From positions 933,589 through 997,588 of the forward strand of contig CAVVAV010000003.1 in the NCBI GenBank assembly GCA_963746405.1: 64,000 nucleotides of DNA. Direction: 5' to 3'. Below are positions 51,226 through 60,565 of the stretch, piece by piece (positions within the stretch are counted from its first letter, which is position 1; the number at the start of each line of letters is the position of its first letter). A program made the position numbers and the translations under genes. The DNA is from an uncultured Chloroflexia bacterium (GTDB taxonomy: Bacteria; Chloroflexota; Limnocylindria; Limnocylindrales; CSP1-4). The notes below the pieces were generated by a model. It was not told where the DNA came from, ran no database searches, and saw only the letters and a program-made list of their open reading frames with translations.

Positions 51226-52494
51226 TTCCGCTTCACGGCGTCAGCGACGATATCAAGCAGCCGTTTCACCAGATCATTTCCGTCGTCAGCTGTACTTCCA
51301 GCTACTGGCGCTGTGAGAAACGACCGTTTAGCGAGGTCATACTTGAGCTCGTTACGCTTCTCGTCGTCGAGCAACGCGACGAAGGGATCAAGCGCGGTGA
51401 GGTCGAGTTCCGACTTTCGAGCGCGCCACTCGGTCTGCCGGTGGCGGCCTGACTCTGCGAGTGCATAGAGACCGATGCCGAGAAGAGGCAGCGCGACAAG
51501 CAGCCTGCCTGTTAGCCATTGCAGTGTGAACTCTGTGGCGCCGGTAGTGACGATTGTGAAGACTCCCCAGGCGGCAATAGCGACGAAGAGACCGATGCCG
51601 ACCCATCGCCACCGGTCGGCGGCCTTGTGCTCGGATTCGGCTTGGCCCAGATAACCCCCGCTCGCTGCCTCCGCACCCAGGGCACTTAAGACCTTCCGCG
51701 CGTCGTCGCGGGACGCCGTCATGTCTTCGAGCAGGGTTTCAGCGCCTGCGCGGAGCTCCTCCGCGGAAGTGCTTGCAAGTTCACGCTGCTCGGTCATGAA
51801 CGTGGCGTGTTCCTCGGCCGCGCGCGCAGTCTGCTGTCGCGAACTGCTCAGCCCGCTGCGACTCCGCTGTGGAGAACTGTGACTGGAACTGGGCAATCGC
51901 CGCGTCAAGCCGGCTCTTCTGGTTCGAGATCTCAGCCGTCAACTCCGTCTGCCTTGCCGCCAGGGGCGCGAGAGCGGACTGGGCCTCTGCCGTGGCCTGA
52001 TCTACGAGCTGTTCGATCTCGGAGCGCACTCGTGCAAGGGCTTGCTCAAGTTCCGCCGCTCGGTCTCGGTTTCGTCCTGCTTCACCGCGGAGGTCCTCCA
52101 GAACCTCCTCCACGTCCCGCCGAAGCGCCGCGATCGTCTGCCGTGCTTCGCGAGCCGGGCGCTGTAGCCAAGTCGTGAGGGCGTCGAGGACTTGCTCGAG
52201 GTAAGCGTTCGCACTGGTGAGCTGGGCGGCGTCGCCGGACGAGACGTACGCGCTTGTCGCGTTCTGAACCTGGCTGAGTGCAGGCGAAGGTGCGTCGATG
52301 ATTCGCGCCGACAGAAGTTGGGGATCCGCGCTGAGAATGATCGCGCGGGCGACTTCGATACCTGCCCTGAGTCGCTGCTGGTCGTCCCGTTCTTTGTCGG
52401 ATTTGGGGTCCGGCAGTTTGCTCAGAAGTTCGACGAGGGCACGCGTTAGTGCGACCGTCTGACTGCCAGCATGCCGGTCACGCCACTCACTCAT
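51222..52494 (-). pseudogene. Coiled-coil protein with two C-terminal TM helices, frameshift at (GC)n ~51817-51826
   Basis: ORFs 51781..52494 and 51222..51908 join into Q/A/E-rich coiled coil then WRWVGIGLFVAIAAWGVFTIV and LLVALPLLGIGLYALA TM. Confidence 0.5.
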
Positions 52495-52552
52495 CGCAGC
52501 GCCTTACAGAGCGGGAGGGTCCGCAGATAGCGCGGGGTATAGGCGGCACGAG

Positions 52553-54478
52553 CTACTCCTCGTACGTCGCGGCAGCTTGCGCTGCCATATGAGTGTCCGT
52601 GGTTGCGAGTTCCGTTCGGCTCAGGAAGAAGTCGCGCGTCGGGGCGTCCATGAAGTAGACGTAGCAGCCGCGGAGACCGCGGGTCAGCAGGACGCGGTAG
52701 GTGCTCTTGACGTAGCGGGTGAACTCGGCCTCGGTGACGCCGCGGCGGACGACGCGGTCGTGCGACTGGTCGCGCTGGCCGACCCATCCCCCGTCCATCG
52801 GCCGGTAGACGAGGTCGGGGCCGACGATCACGCCGACGTAGTCGAACTCGAAGCCCTGCGCCGTGTAGACGCAGCCCACCTGGTCGATCCCCTCCTTCGC
52901 GCTCGCCCAGAAGTCCGACTTCGGGATGCCGGGGCCGAGCCGGCCGACGCCGTCCCTGGCGTTCCAGGGCATCGACCACTCCCCTACCCTGACGTCCGGC
53001 ACGAGCTGGCCGTCGTCGTCGGGGTCGGACCAGGGCCAGCAGAAGCCGGCGACGAGTCGAGCGGTCGCGCCGGTTGCCGCCTGGGCGCGGATCTTCTGCT
53101 CGAGCTGGCCGATCGAGCCGACGATCTGGAAGTCGAACTCGTCGTCCATCGACCAGAGCACCTGCGGCGTCCGGTTGAGCTCGAGCGTGTTGTCGACCCA
53201 CTGGATGAACGAGTCGGAGCCGTTCGAGCGGAACTGCGCCTCGAGCTTGAAGTCGCGCACCTCGATCGAGCGCTTGGCGGCCTCCTCGCGGATCAGGTCG
53301 GTGCTGCCGACCTCGCCCGGGCGCACGACCTGCAGGTCATCGATGAAGAAGACGGTGACCCGGCTCGAGTCCAGGATGTCGTCGATCTGGGACTTGCCCG
53401 TGCGCGCCTTCGCGGGCGTGAAGCGGCTCGTGCTGATCGTCCGGATGCGGTGGGCCTCGTCGAGGATGGCGACGTCGAGCTTGTCGGTGACGGTCGCGGT
53501 GTCGCGGAAGTACTTGAACAGCGCGCCGGCTCGACCGCCGACGATCTTGCGCAGGTTCTCCGTGAACGCCTTGGAGCCGGTCAGGTGGAGCGTGCTGAGG
53601 CCGCGCTCGGCGAGCTCCGCGACGAGGTTGAGGGCGATGACCGACTTGCCGGTGCCCGGGCCGCCTTCGATGAGGAAGATGACGTTCTGCTCGTTTGTGC
53701 CCGCGTGGCCGACGGCGTCGAGGATGGCGTTGTAGGCCACGAGTTGTTCGTCGAGGAGCACGAAGGTCGGCTCGATGCGGATGACGCGGGCGACGTGGTC
53801 GAGCAGGCGCTTGTGTGGCTTGAACGCAGTCGCGGCGACGCGCTCCAGGATCTCGCCCTCGTCCGGGCCGGCGATGTGCTGATCGAGGAACGTCGCGAGC
53901 GCATCGGACTGGTCGCCGGCAAACGCGGGGTTGGAACCAAGGAGCGCCGTGAAATCCGCGTGGTAGAGCGGAGACATCGGGTCGTGCTGCGCGTAGTGAA
54001 GGTACGCGCAGGCATCGAGGGCGATCGCGCGGTCGTCCGAAAACGCGGGATGGGTATCCAGCAGGTACCGCTGGTACTGCGCGACCTGGCGCGACGGGTG
54101 GAGCGTGTCGCGCGGCTTGCCGCCGTAGTCGACGGTGACGCAGTCGGTGATGTTCGACCGGCCGACTTCGGTCCACTGCTTGAGCTCGACGATCACGGCC
54201 GCGTCGCGGCGCGTGTCGGGGTTCGAGCCGGTGATGAGGACGTCAAGCCGCTTCGAGCTGAGCGGCATCTTGAGTTCGACGAGGATGCCCTGATCGGTCA
54301 GGTCGGCCGTCTGGAGCACGTGGGCCATCGCGCTGAGGCTGTTGCGCCAGCTCGTGACTTCGCTCGGAGATGGTCGGTAGCGGAACTCGTCGAACCAGCG
54401 GTCGCTCAGCATGTTGGCGAGCCGAGCCTGGGTTGCGTCCGCGATGAACTGCCGGGTCGAGCCCTGGTAGAGGTGCAA
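52553..54478 (-). CDS. DUF2075-like protein: N-terminal PD-(D/E)xK-like (NERD-type) segment + SF1-like P-loop ATPase
   Basis: ILVELK / VIVELKQW segments; Walker A IEGGPGTGKSV; Walker B LDVAILDEAHRI; TTG start with G-rich SD. Confidence 0.65.
   Translation of the reverse strand: MHLYQGSTRQFIADATQARLANMLSDRWFDEFRYRPSPSEVTSWRNSLSAMAHVLQTADLTDQGILVELKMPLSSKRLDVLITGSNPDTRRDAAVIVELKQWTEVGRSNITDCVTVDYGGKPRDTLHPSRQVAQYQRYLLDTHPAFSDDRAIALDACAYLHYAQHDPMSPLYHADFTALLGSNPAFAGDQSDALATFLDQHIAGPDEGEILERVAATAFKPHKRLLDHVARVIRIEPTFVLLDEQLVAYNAILDAVGHAGTNEQNVIFLIEGGPGTGKSVIALNLVAELAERGLSTLHLTGSKAFTENLRKIVGGRAGALFKYFRDTATVTDKLDVAILDEAHRIRTISTSRFTPAKARTGKSQIDDILDSSRVTVFFIDDLQVVRPGEVGSTDLIREEAAKRSIEVRDFKLEAQFRSNGSDSFIQWVDNTLELNRTPQVLWSMDDEFDFQIVGSIGQLEQKIRAQAATGATARLVAGFCWPWSDPDDDGQLVPDVRVGEWSMPWNARDGVGRLGPGIPKSDFWASAKEGIDQVGCVYTAQGFEFDYVGVIVGPDLVYRPMDGGWVGQRDQSHDRVVRRGVTEAEFTRYVKSTYRVLLTRGLRGCYVYFMDAPTRDFFLSRTELATTDTHMAAQAAATYEE
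53042..53110. repeat. ~70-bp dispersed repeat copy B
   Basis: See 51147..51214. Confidence 0.7.
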
Positions 54479-54526
54479 CCCCTCCCCTTCCCCGATGGGC
54501 CGCCGTGACGGTCGACGACGTGGTGA

Positions 54527-55582
54527 CTATACGGCCTGATCCGACGGCGGATCCGCCCCCGCGCTGCCAGACATCGGCGTGGTCTTCCCCTCCCCGTCTC
54601 GATTCGTCATCGAGCCTTTATCGCGGCCCGGGCGCGCTGCCCATGGTCCCGTCGCCGGGGCGAGGGTCGTCTCGATGCGGCGCCCCAAGCGATCGACCTC
54701 CGCGACGTCGATCGCGGGCGGAAGCGCTCGGATGCGGGCCAGCAGGTCCGTGTGCGACGTCAGCGTGACACCGGCGATCGACTTGGGGCCGAACAGCCCG
54801 AACTGACCGCCCACGACGCAGATAACGCACTCCACGTGCTCGACCGACAGTGCGGCCCTCAGCGACGCGGCCTGCCGCTCGACCTGCTCGACGAATGTCG
54901 TCGCCCGATGACCCTTCAGGAACAGCTCTTTGCCCCGGACGCGGACGTCACCCGCGTAATGCTTCGTCTCGATGACGATGACGCCGGGCGGGCCAACGAC
55001 GATGTGGTCGATGTTGTCGCGGCCACCCGGCCGGCGCCGGTCGTGGAAGACGTGGAAGCCATCCGCCTCCAGCATGGCGAGTGTCCGCCCGATCTGCTCC
55101 TCGCCAGCCGCACCGATGCGCCAGGCCAGCACATCCGGTGGTTTGGCATACAGCTCGGCGAGGGTCCACGCGAGGCCGGCGAAGATCAGGGCAACGCCGA
55201 GGAGCGGCAGAGTAGACCCTTGTGGCACGAGGGCGATCCCCGCGAGGATCATGACGCCCCCGACGGCGAGGATGTCGGGCCGGCGCCTGCGTATCCGAGC
55301 CTCATGCGCCGCCAGCCGACGCTCATACGTCGCGCGTGTCGAACCGCCCGCCCGTGGCGACTCGATCGCCGTGGTCATGGCCGTGATCGGCGGGGTCGGC
55401 GCCGTTCCGTCCACCGCGGTCTCGAGCGCGCGTGTGCCCCGGCAGGTCGGGAAGTGTGAGCACCCCCAGAAGGCAGCGTCGTCGGCGCGCCGGGTGCGCA
55501 GGATCATGGACGATCGGCAGCGCGGACATATCGGTGGTTCCGACTCAGTCCCGCTCCGTGCAGTCGCCGGCTGGGCGGCCAT
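54527..55582 (-). CDS. NERD-domain protein with N-terminal C4 zinc ribbon and two TM helices
   Basis: Start [11 protein letters not shown] after GGGGGAGGGGAG; CPRC...CSHFPTC zinc ribbon (topo-type); NERD motif [20 protein letters not shown]. Confidence 0.7.
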   Translation of the reverse strand: MAAQPATARSGTESEPPICPRCRSSMILRTRRADDAAFWGCSHFPTCRGTRALETAVDGTAPTPPITAMTTAIESPRAGGSTRATYERRLAAHEARIRRRRPDILAVGGVMILAGIALVPQGSTLPLLGVALIFAGLAWTLAELYAKPPDVLAWRIGAAGEEQIGRTLAMLEADGFHVFHDRRRPGGRDNIDHIVVGPPGVIVIETKHYAGDVRVRGKELFLKGHRATTFVEQVERQAASLRAALSVEHVECVICVVGGQFGLFGPKSIAGVTLTSHTDLLARIRALPPAIDVAEVDRLGRRIETTLAPATGPWAARPGRDKGSMTNRDGEGKTTPMSGSAGADPPSDQAV

Positions 55583-55742
55583 CGCTCCCCTCCCCCGGTT
55601 CGACCCGCGAGGGTCGCTATCGACCCGCAGTGTACGGGAGGGCATCGCGCTCGCTCCCCTCGGCTGCGCGGCGGGATTGCGGATGGCATTCGACGCCCAT
55701 AGGCTTGAGACCAGCCATCCCGCCAGAAAGTCGCCTTCCCGT

Positions 55743-56774
55743 ATGAGCCTCGATGACTTCCCGCGCGTGTCTTTGATGTTCGGGCCGTCGCCTGCGCATC
55801 CGCTGCCACGCCTGAGCGCAGCGCTCGGAGGACGGGTAGAGATCTGGGCCAAGCGCGAGGACTGCAACTCGGGCATCGCCTTCGGCGGCAACAAGGTCCG
55901 CAAGCTCGAGTACCTGGTCGCCGATGCGCTGGCCAACGGCTGCGACACGCTGGTCTCCATCGGCGGGGTCCAGTCGAACCACACCCGCGCTGTCACGGGT
56001 GCCGCCAGACACTTGGGTCTCGGCGCCGTCACCGTCCAGGAGCACTGGGTCGACTGGGACGACCCCGGCTACGAAACCGTCGGCAACATCCAGCTGACGC
56101 GGATCATGGGTGGTGACATCCGGATGAACCCAGCTGGTTTCGATATCGGTGTGCGAGACAGCTGGCGAGAGGCGCTCGAGTCGGTCGAGAAGGCTGGCGG
56201 CAGGCCGTACCCGATCCCCGCGGGAGCCTCCGACCATCCGCTCGGGGGCCTGGGCTTCGCGAACTGGGTGCGTGAGGTCGCTGCGCAGGAGGCGCAGCTC
56301 GGGCTGCTGTTCGATCACGTCATCGTCTGCACCGTCACCGGCTCGACACACGCCGGGATGATCGCCGGGACGGCCCTGGAGGACCGAGGCGGCGGAAGTG
56401 GTCGCCGAGTGATCGGCATCGATGCGTCGAAGACGATCGAGCGGACGCGCGACCAGGTGACTCGGATCGCGCGCGCCACCGCCGAGCTGATCGGCGTGGA
56501 CCGTGAGCTGCGCGACGACGAGGTCACGTTGATGGATGGGTATGCAGGCCCGGTCTATGGCGTGCCCGACGACCAGACGATCGAGGCGATCCAGCTCGCT
56601 GCGCGGACCGAGGGGATGATCACCGACCCTGTCTACGAGGGGAAGTCGATGGCAGGTCTCATCGGGATGATCCGCTCCGGCGATATCCCGCCGGGTTCGC
56701 GGGTCCTCTACGCGCACCTCGGCGGACAGCCCGCCTTGTCGGCCTACGCGCACACTCCGGGACTGGGCGGCTAG
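55743..56774 (+). CDS. acdS: 1-aminocyclopropane-1-carboxylate deaminase
   Basis: Near full-length colinearity with recalled AcdS: FGPSP...[23 protein letters not shown]-Lys, [16 protein letters not shown]. Confidence 0.85.
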   Translation: MSLDDFPRVSLMFGPSPAHPLPRLSAALGGRVEIWAKREDCNSGIAFGGNKVRKLEYLVADALANGCDTLVSIGGVQSNHTRAVTGAARHLGLGAVTVQEHWVDWDDPGYETVGNIQLTRIMGGDIRMNPAGFDIGVRDSWREALESVEKAGGRPYPIPAGASDHPLGGLGFANWVREVAAQEAQLGLLFDHVIVCTVTGSTHAGMIAGTALEDRGGGSGRRVIGIDASKTIERTRDQVTRIARATAELIGVDRELRDDEVTLMDGYAGPVYGVPDDQTIEAIQLAARTEGMITDPVYEGKSMAGLIGMIRSGDIPPGSRVLYAHLGGQPALSAYAHTPGLGG

Positions 56775-56879
56775 GCCGTCCCACGGTGACCCGCGAGGCG
56801 CGGACTCATTGGCGGCCCGGGGCGTCGTTGATCCAGACGCCGCTACGATGCCTACCTACGTTCGCTGGTCGGAGACCGC

Positions 56880-57368
56880 ATGCCCACCTATCAATTCGTG
56901 ACCACTTGGCGCATCAAGGCTCCCATCGAGCAGGTGTTCGCCGAGATCGACGCCGTGAAGGCGTGGCCCGAGTGGTGGCCGATGGTCAAGGCGGTGGAGC
57001 GGCTCCAGGACGGCGATGCGGACGGCATCGGTGCGGTGCACCGGATGACCTTCGTCGGGAGACTGCCGTACCGGTTGCAGTTCGACATGCGCGTGGCGCG
57101 CCGGGAATCGCCGACATCGATCGTGGGCGACGCGACGGGCGAGCTGGCGGGCACTGGTGACTGGTTGCTGCACGAGGAGGGGCAGACGACGATCGTCCGC
57201 TACGTGTGGTCGATCCGCACGACTCGAGCCTGGATGAACCTGCTGGGTCCCCTGCCCTTCGTGGACGGGATCTTTCGGTTCAACCACCACGCGGTGATGC
57301 GCAACGGCCTGCGTGGCATCCGACAGCGGCTGGGCGGGGTCGCCGGGACCTATACGCGCGAGGAGTGA
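56880..57368 (+). CDS. SRPBCC (polyketide cyclase/START-like) family protein
   Basis: 162 aa; Bet v1-like pattern. Confidence 0.6.
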   Translation: MPTYQFVTTWRIKAPIEQVFAEIDAVKAWPEWWPMVKAVERLQDGDADGIGAVHRMTFVGRLPYRLQFDMRVARRESPTSIVGDATGELAGTGDWLLHEEGQTTIVRYVWSIRTTRAWMNLLGPLPFVDGIFRFNHHAVMRNGLRGIRQRLGGVAGTYTREE

Positions 57369-57976
57369 GGGAGACCTCGACCCCCCGAGTCGGCGCGTGA
57401 CGCCTCCGATGGGCGAGGGATGACGTGCAGGACTCGTGCGACGTAGATGCCGAAGTCTTCCATGAACCGCGTGAGGAAAGCCTCGGTGGACTCGTCGGTG
57501 ACCTTGCCGTCCCCGGGGAAGGTCTCCGGTGCGTACTCGATGTAGGCCTCAGGAGCGGTCATCTGGCGGGCGTTGCAGTAGCTGAGGACGCCGCGCAGAC
57601 TCTGCTGCGCCAATGCCGTACCGAGTTGCCCGGGCGATGTCCCGATCACGGCGGCGGCCATCTGGTCGAAGGAGTTCTCACCCCACGGGCGCGACGCCCA
57701 GTCGATCGCATTCTTGAGGGCACCCGGGATGGATCGGTTGTACTCCGGGGTGACGAACAGGATGGCGTCCGAGTCGGCGATCGCCTTCTTCAGCGCCCTG
57801 GCCTCCGGCGGGAAATCCGCGTCGTGGTCCGGGCTGTACAGTGGCAGATCACCGATCGGGATCTCGGTGAACTCGAGATCGTCGGGCGCCAACTGGATCA
57901 GCGCTTTGGAGAGTTCGCGGTTGATCGACGTCGAGGAGAGGCTCCCAACGAAGTAGCCGACTTTGAACGTGCTCAT
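57350..57976 (-). CDS. NAD(P)H-dependent FMN reductase
   Basis: FMN_red family pattern VGSLSSTSINR, TPEYN. Confidence 0.8.
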   Translation of the reverse strand: MSTFKVGYFVGSLSSTSINRELSKALIQLAPDDLEFTEIPIGDLPLYSPDHDADFPPEARALKKAIADSDAILFVTPEYNRSIPGALKNAIDWASRPWGENSFDQMAAAVIGTSPGQLGTALAQQSLRGVLSYCNARQMTAPEAYIEYAPETFPGDGKVTDESTEAFLTRFMEDFGIYVARVLHVIPRPSEASRADSGGRGLPHSSRV

Positions 57977-58185
57977 CGGGTCGAGTTCCTTCTACGGGGT
58001 CTGGATCCAAGCATCAAGCGTCCCCCGCGGGCTTTGCCCCACCGATCGGGTTCGCCGCGTGACAGCCGGCCGACAGACCCGCTGGGCTAGCTCGTGTCAG
58101 CGCACTCGGGATGGTGGCCGGATCATGCCCCAGCCGCCCGTCGCCTCCCGACGGCTCGCTGGTCGAGGTCGGCATACTCTCGATC

Positions 58186-59427
58186 ATGTCGTTCCTGCGA
58201 AAGCTCTTCGGGTCGGGGGATAAGCCGAGGCGGCCCTCCGCTCGACGCGCCTCGTCCCCTCCCCCGTCACGACCTCCGTCGCCGCCGGCTGGCACGCCGC
58301 CGCCTCGGATCCCGACGCTGGCTGAATCGTCGCCGCGGGCGCTGCACGCCTACTTCGAATACGTCGGCGGCGGGTCCTCGAAGTTCTACGCGGTCAGCCT
58401 GGAGGAGGAGGACGGGGAGACCTGGCGTGTCCGCTTCAACTTCGGGCGGATCGGGTCCCGCCGGGAATGGGCTACGCGTGTCGAGGGTGTGACGTGGGCA
58501 AAGGCAGCCACCACGTACGTGGCCTTGATCGACGAGAAGCAGGGTAAGGGCTACGAGATCCAGCGCTGGCCGGCGGCCCTGCGGCTGCCGGACGGCTCGA
58601 CGATCGAGGAGGATCCATCGGCGGACAGCGTCCAGACCCGCTTCCGAGCCGCGACCCGCGGCTCGCTGCCGCCTGAGACCGGCGGCACGATCGCCGGCGT
58701 CGCGCTGCCGGATGGTCGGCTCTATGCGCCCGAGCCAGAGGGTGGGTCACGCGGCGACGACCCCGTGATCTGGGCGTCCTCGGCGCCGGTCAAGGACGTG
58801 GCACGGATCTGGTCCCAGCTGGCCCTTGCGTTCCCGCAGACCGGAATCTGGCCGTTCGTCATCGACGCCTCGTTCGGCTTCGACGGATTCGACGAACGTC
58901 TCATGGATCTCCCGAGGGGCCGCCACACCGAGGTCATGACGATCCTCCGACGGGGCTGGAACGAATTGGTGGAGTCAGACGAGGACGATGAGGCCGAGGA
59001 GCTGTCCCCGTTCGGGAATGCGTTCCCCGGCCTCGCCCGACCGACGCCGTCGGATCAGCCGGCATCCATCGACGCCATCGTGGCGACGTTGAGCGGTCAT
59101 CTGGGTCTGGTCGCCGTCAACCGTCCGGCTGACATCCTCGATGCGGTCGGCTGGATGGGCGCCGCGAACTACGACGGCGACCCGCTCGACATGACCACGG
59201 TGCTCCGCTCATGGGAGCTTCGGTTCGACGCCTACGTCGTCGAGCTGGGCACGGACACGCTGACCCTCGCCGTGGGCCGCCCGGCGCGCGACCTCGAGTC
59301 GGCCCTGGCGATCGCCGCGGAGCACTACGCCTTCTGCCCCGACAACGTCCAGCAGGGCGAAGGGTCGATCCAGGCGTACGCTGAGAGCCTCGTCGACGCG
59401 GAGGTGTGGCCGTTCTGGTGGGACTGA
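58186..59427 (+). CDS. WGR-domain protein with C-terminal DUF4253-like domain
   Basis: WGR signature YFEYVGGGSSKFYAVSL...WRVRFNFGRIGS; P-rich linker; C-term ...EVWPFWWD. Confidence 0.6.
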   Translation: MSFLRKLFGSGDKPRRPSARRASSPPPSRPPSPPAGTPPPRIPTLAESSPRALHAYFEYVGGGSSKFYAVSLEEEDGETWRVRFNFGRIGSRREWATRVEGVTWAKAATTYVALIDEKQGKGYEIQRWPAALRLPDGSTIEEDPSADSVQTRFRAATRGSLPPETGGTIAGVALPDGRLYAPEPEGGSRGDDPVIWASSAPVKDVARIWSQLALAFPQTGIWPFVIDASFGFDGFDERLMDLPRGRHTEVMTILRRGWNELVESDEDDEAEELSPFGNAFPGLARPTPSDQPASIDAIVATLSGHLGLVAVNRPADILDAVGWMGAANYDGDPLDMTTVLRSWELRFDAYVVELGTDTLTLAVGRPARDLESALAIAAEHYAFCPDNVQQGEGSIQAYAESLVDAEVWPFWWD

Positions 59428-59434
59428 CCTGACT

Positions 59435-59797
59435 ATGGCTCGATACACCTTCACGACGCACATCGGGGCCCCGCCTGAGCACGTGTTCGCGCTCTGGACG
59501 AATGTCGAGCGCATGGGCGAATGGGTCGGCGGGGTGACCGGCGTCAGCGACTTGTCGGGGTCCGTCGATCAGGTAGGCACCACCTACGTCGTCCACTTCG
59601 GCCCGGTGAAGAGCCCGACGGAGGTTCTCGAGGTCGAGGGCCCGCGGCTGTTTTCCACGAGGTTCGGCAGCTGGATCCTCCGTGGTCGGTCGAGCGCGAC
59701 CTTCGAACCGGACGGAGGCGGCACGCGGGTCACGCAGACGCTCGAGACCGTCGGCCTGATCTCGGCGATCTCGTCGTGGGTCTTCTCCCGCGGCTAG
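59435..59797 (+). CDS. SRPBCC family protein
   Basis: 120 aa; MARYTFTTHIGAPPEHVFALWT. Confidence 0.6.
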   Translation: MARYTFTTHIGAPPEHVFALWTNVERMGEWVGGVTGVSDLSGSVDQVGTTYVVHFGPVKSPTEVLEVEGPRLFSTRFGSWILRGRSSATFEPDGGGTRVTQTLETVGLISAISSWVFSRG

Positions 59798-59861
59798 TAC
59801 GAGGGAAGCTTTCGCGACGAGCTCGAGAAGTTCGCTCGCATCGCCGAGCGCGAGCGTCCGG

Positions 59862-60541
59862 ATGGGTGACCCGGCCATCATCGATGGCGGGGCGTTCGAC
59901 CACGTGATCCTGGCGACACTCGATGCCGAGGCAACCGCGGCTCGTCTGCGTCGGGATTTCCGTTTGGGAGCGATCAGAGGCGGGTCGCATCCATGGGGCA
60001 CGGCCAACTTGATCGTGCCGCTCGAGCCGCCGACGTATCTCGAGATCCTCTACCCGGAGCATCCCGATCGACTCGTCGAGGACCCGGAGGGCAAGGAGCT
60101 GCTCGATCGGATGCGCCGTGGCGAGTTCTGGGCCGGCTGGGCGCTGCGCCCCGCGGCGATCGAGGATCTCGCGCAGCGACTCGACCTCGACGTTGAAGTC
60201 GGGCAGGCGACGCGGCCCGATGGCTCGGTGTCGTCCTGGCGCAGCGCGGCACCGAAAGCCGACATCGACGGTTCCCTCCCCTTCTTATCGATTACGACGA
60301 CCCAGCCGACCGGCTCGAGCGATTCTCAGCGAGCTACGCGGCGGCGGGCCATGAGCGGAGGGTCGGCTCGGTCGCTTGGATCGAGATCGAGCTTGAACCG
60401 GAAGCCGACGGGGCATGGATCCTTGACAGACTCAAGGCAGACATCGAGGTCCGGGTTGTCATGGGTACTTCGTCGGGCATCCGCGCCGTGGGCCTCCACG
60501 TGGATGATCAGGTGATCACGCTTCGGGCCGGGGAGCGGTGA
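59862..60541 (+). pseudogene. Glyoxalase-like (VOC) domain protein, -1 frameshift near 60283
   Basis: FDHVILATLD...GSHPWGTANLIVPL...YLEIL then other frame LIDYDDPADRLERFS...VAWIEIELE. Confidence 0.6.
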
Positions 60542-60565
60542 TGGTCCTCGACACCGACCGGTGGG

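Noticed and set aside
52577-54508. 643-aa plus ORF antisense to the DUF2075-like gene
   Set aside because: Antisense artefact; the minus strand has Walker A/B.
55590-55640. tRNA-like GGTTCGACCC segment near the island boundary
   Set aside because: No acceptor, D or anticodon arms can be built; the T-stem does not pair.
54972-55742. N-terminal ~257 aa of the 600-aa ORF ending in acdS
   Set aside because: Reads antisense through the NERD gene; AcdS homology starts at MSLDDFPRV (55743).
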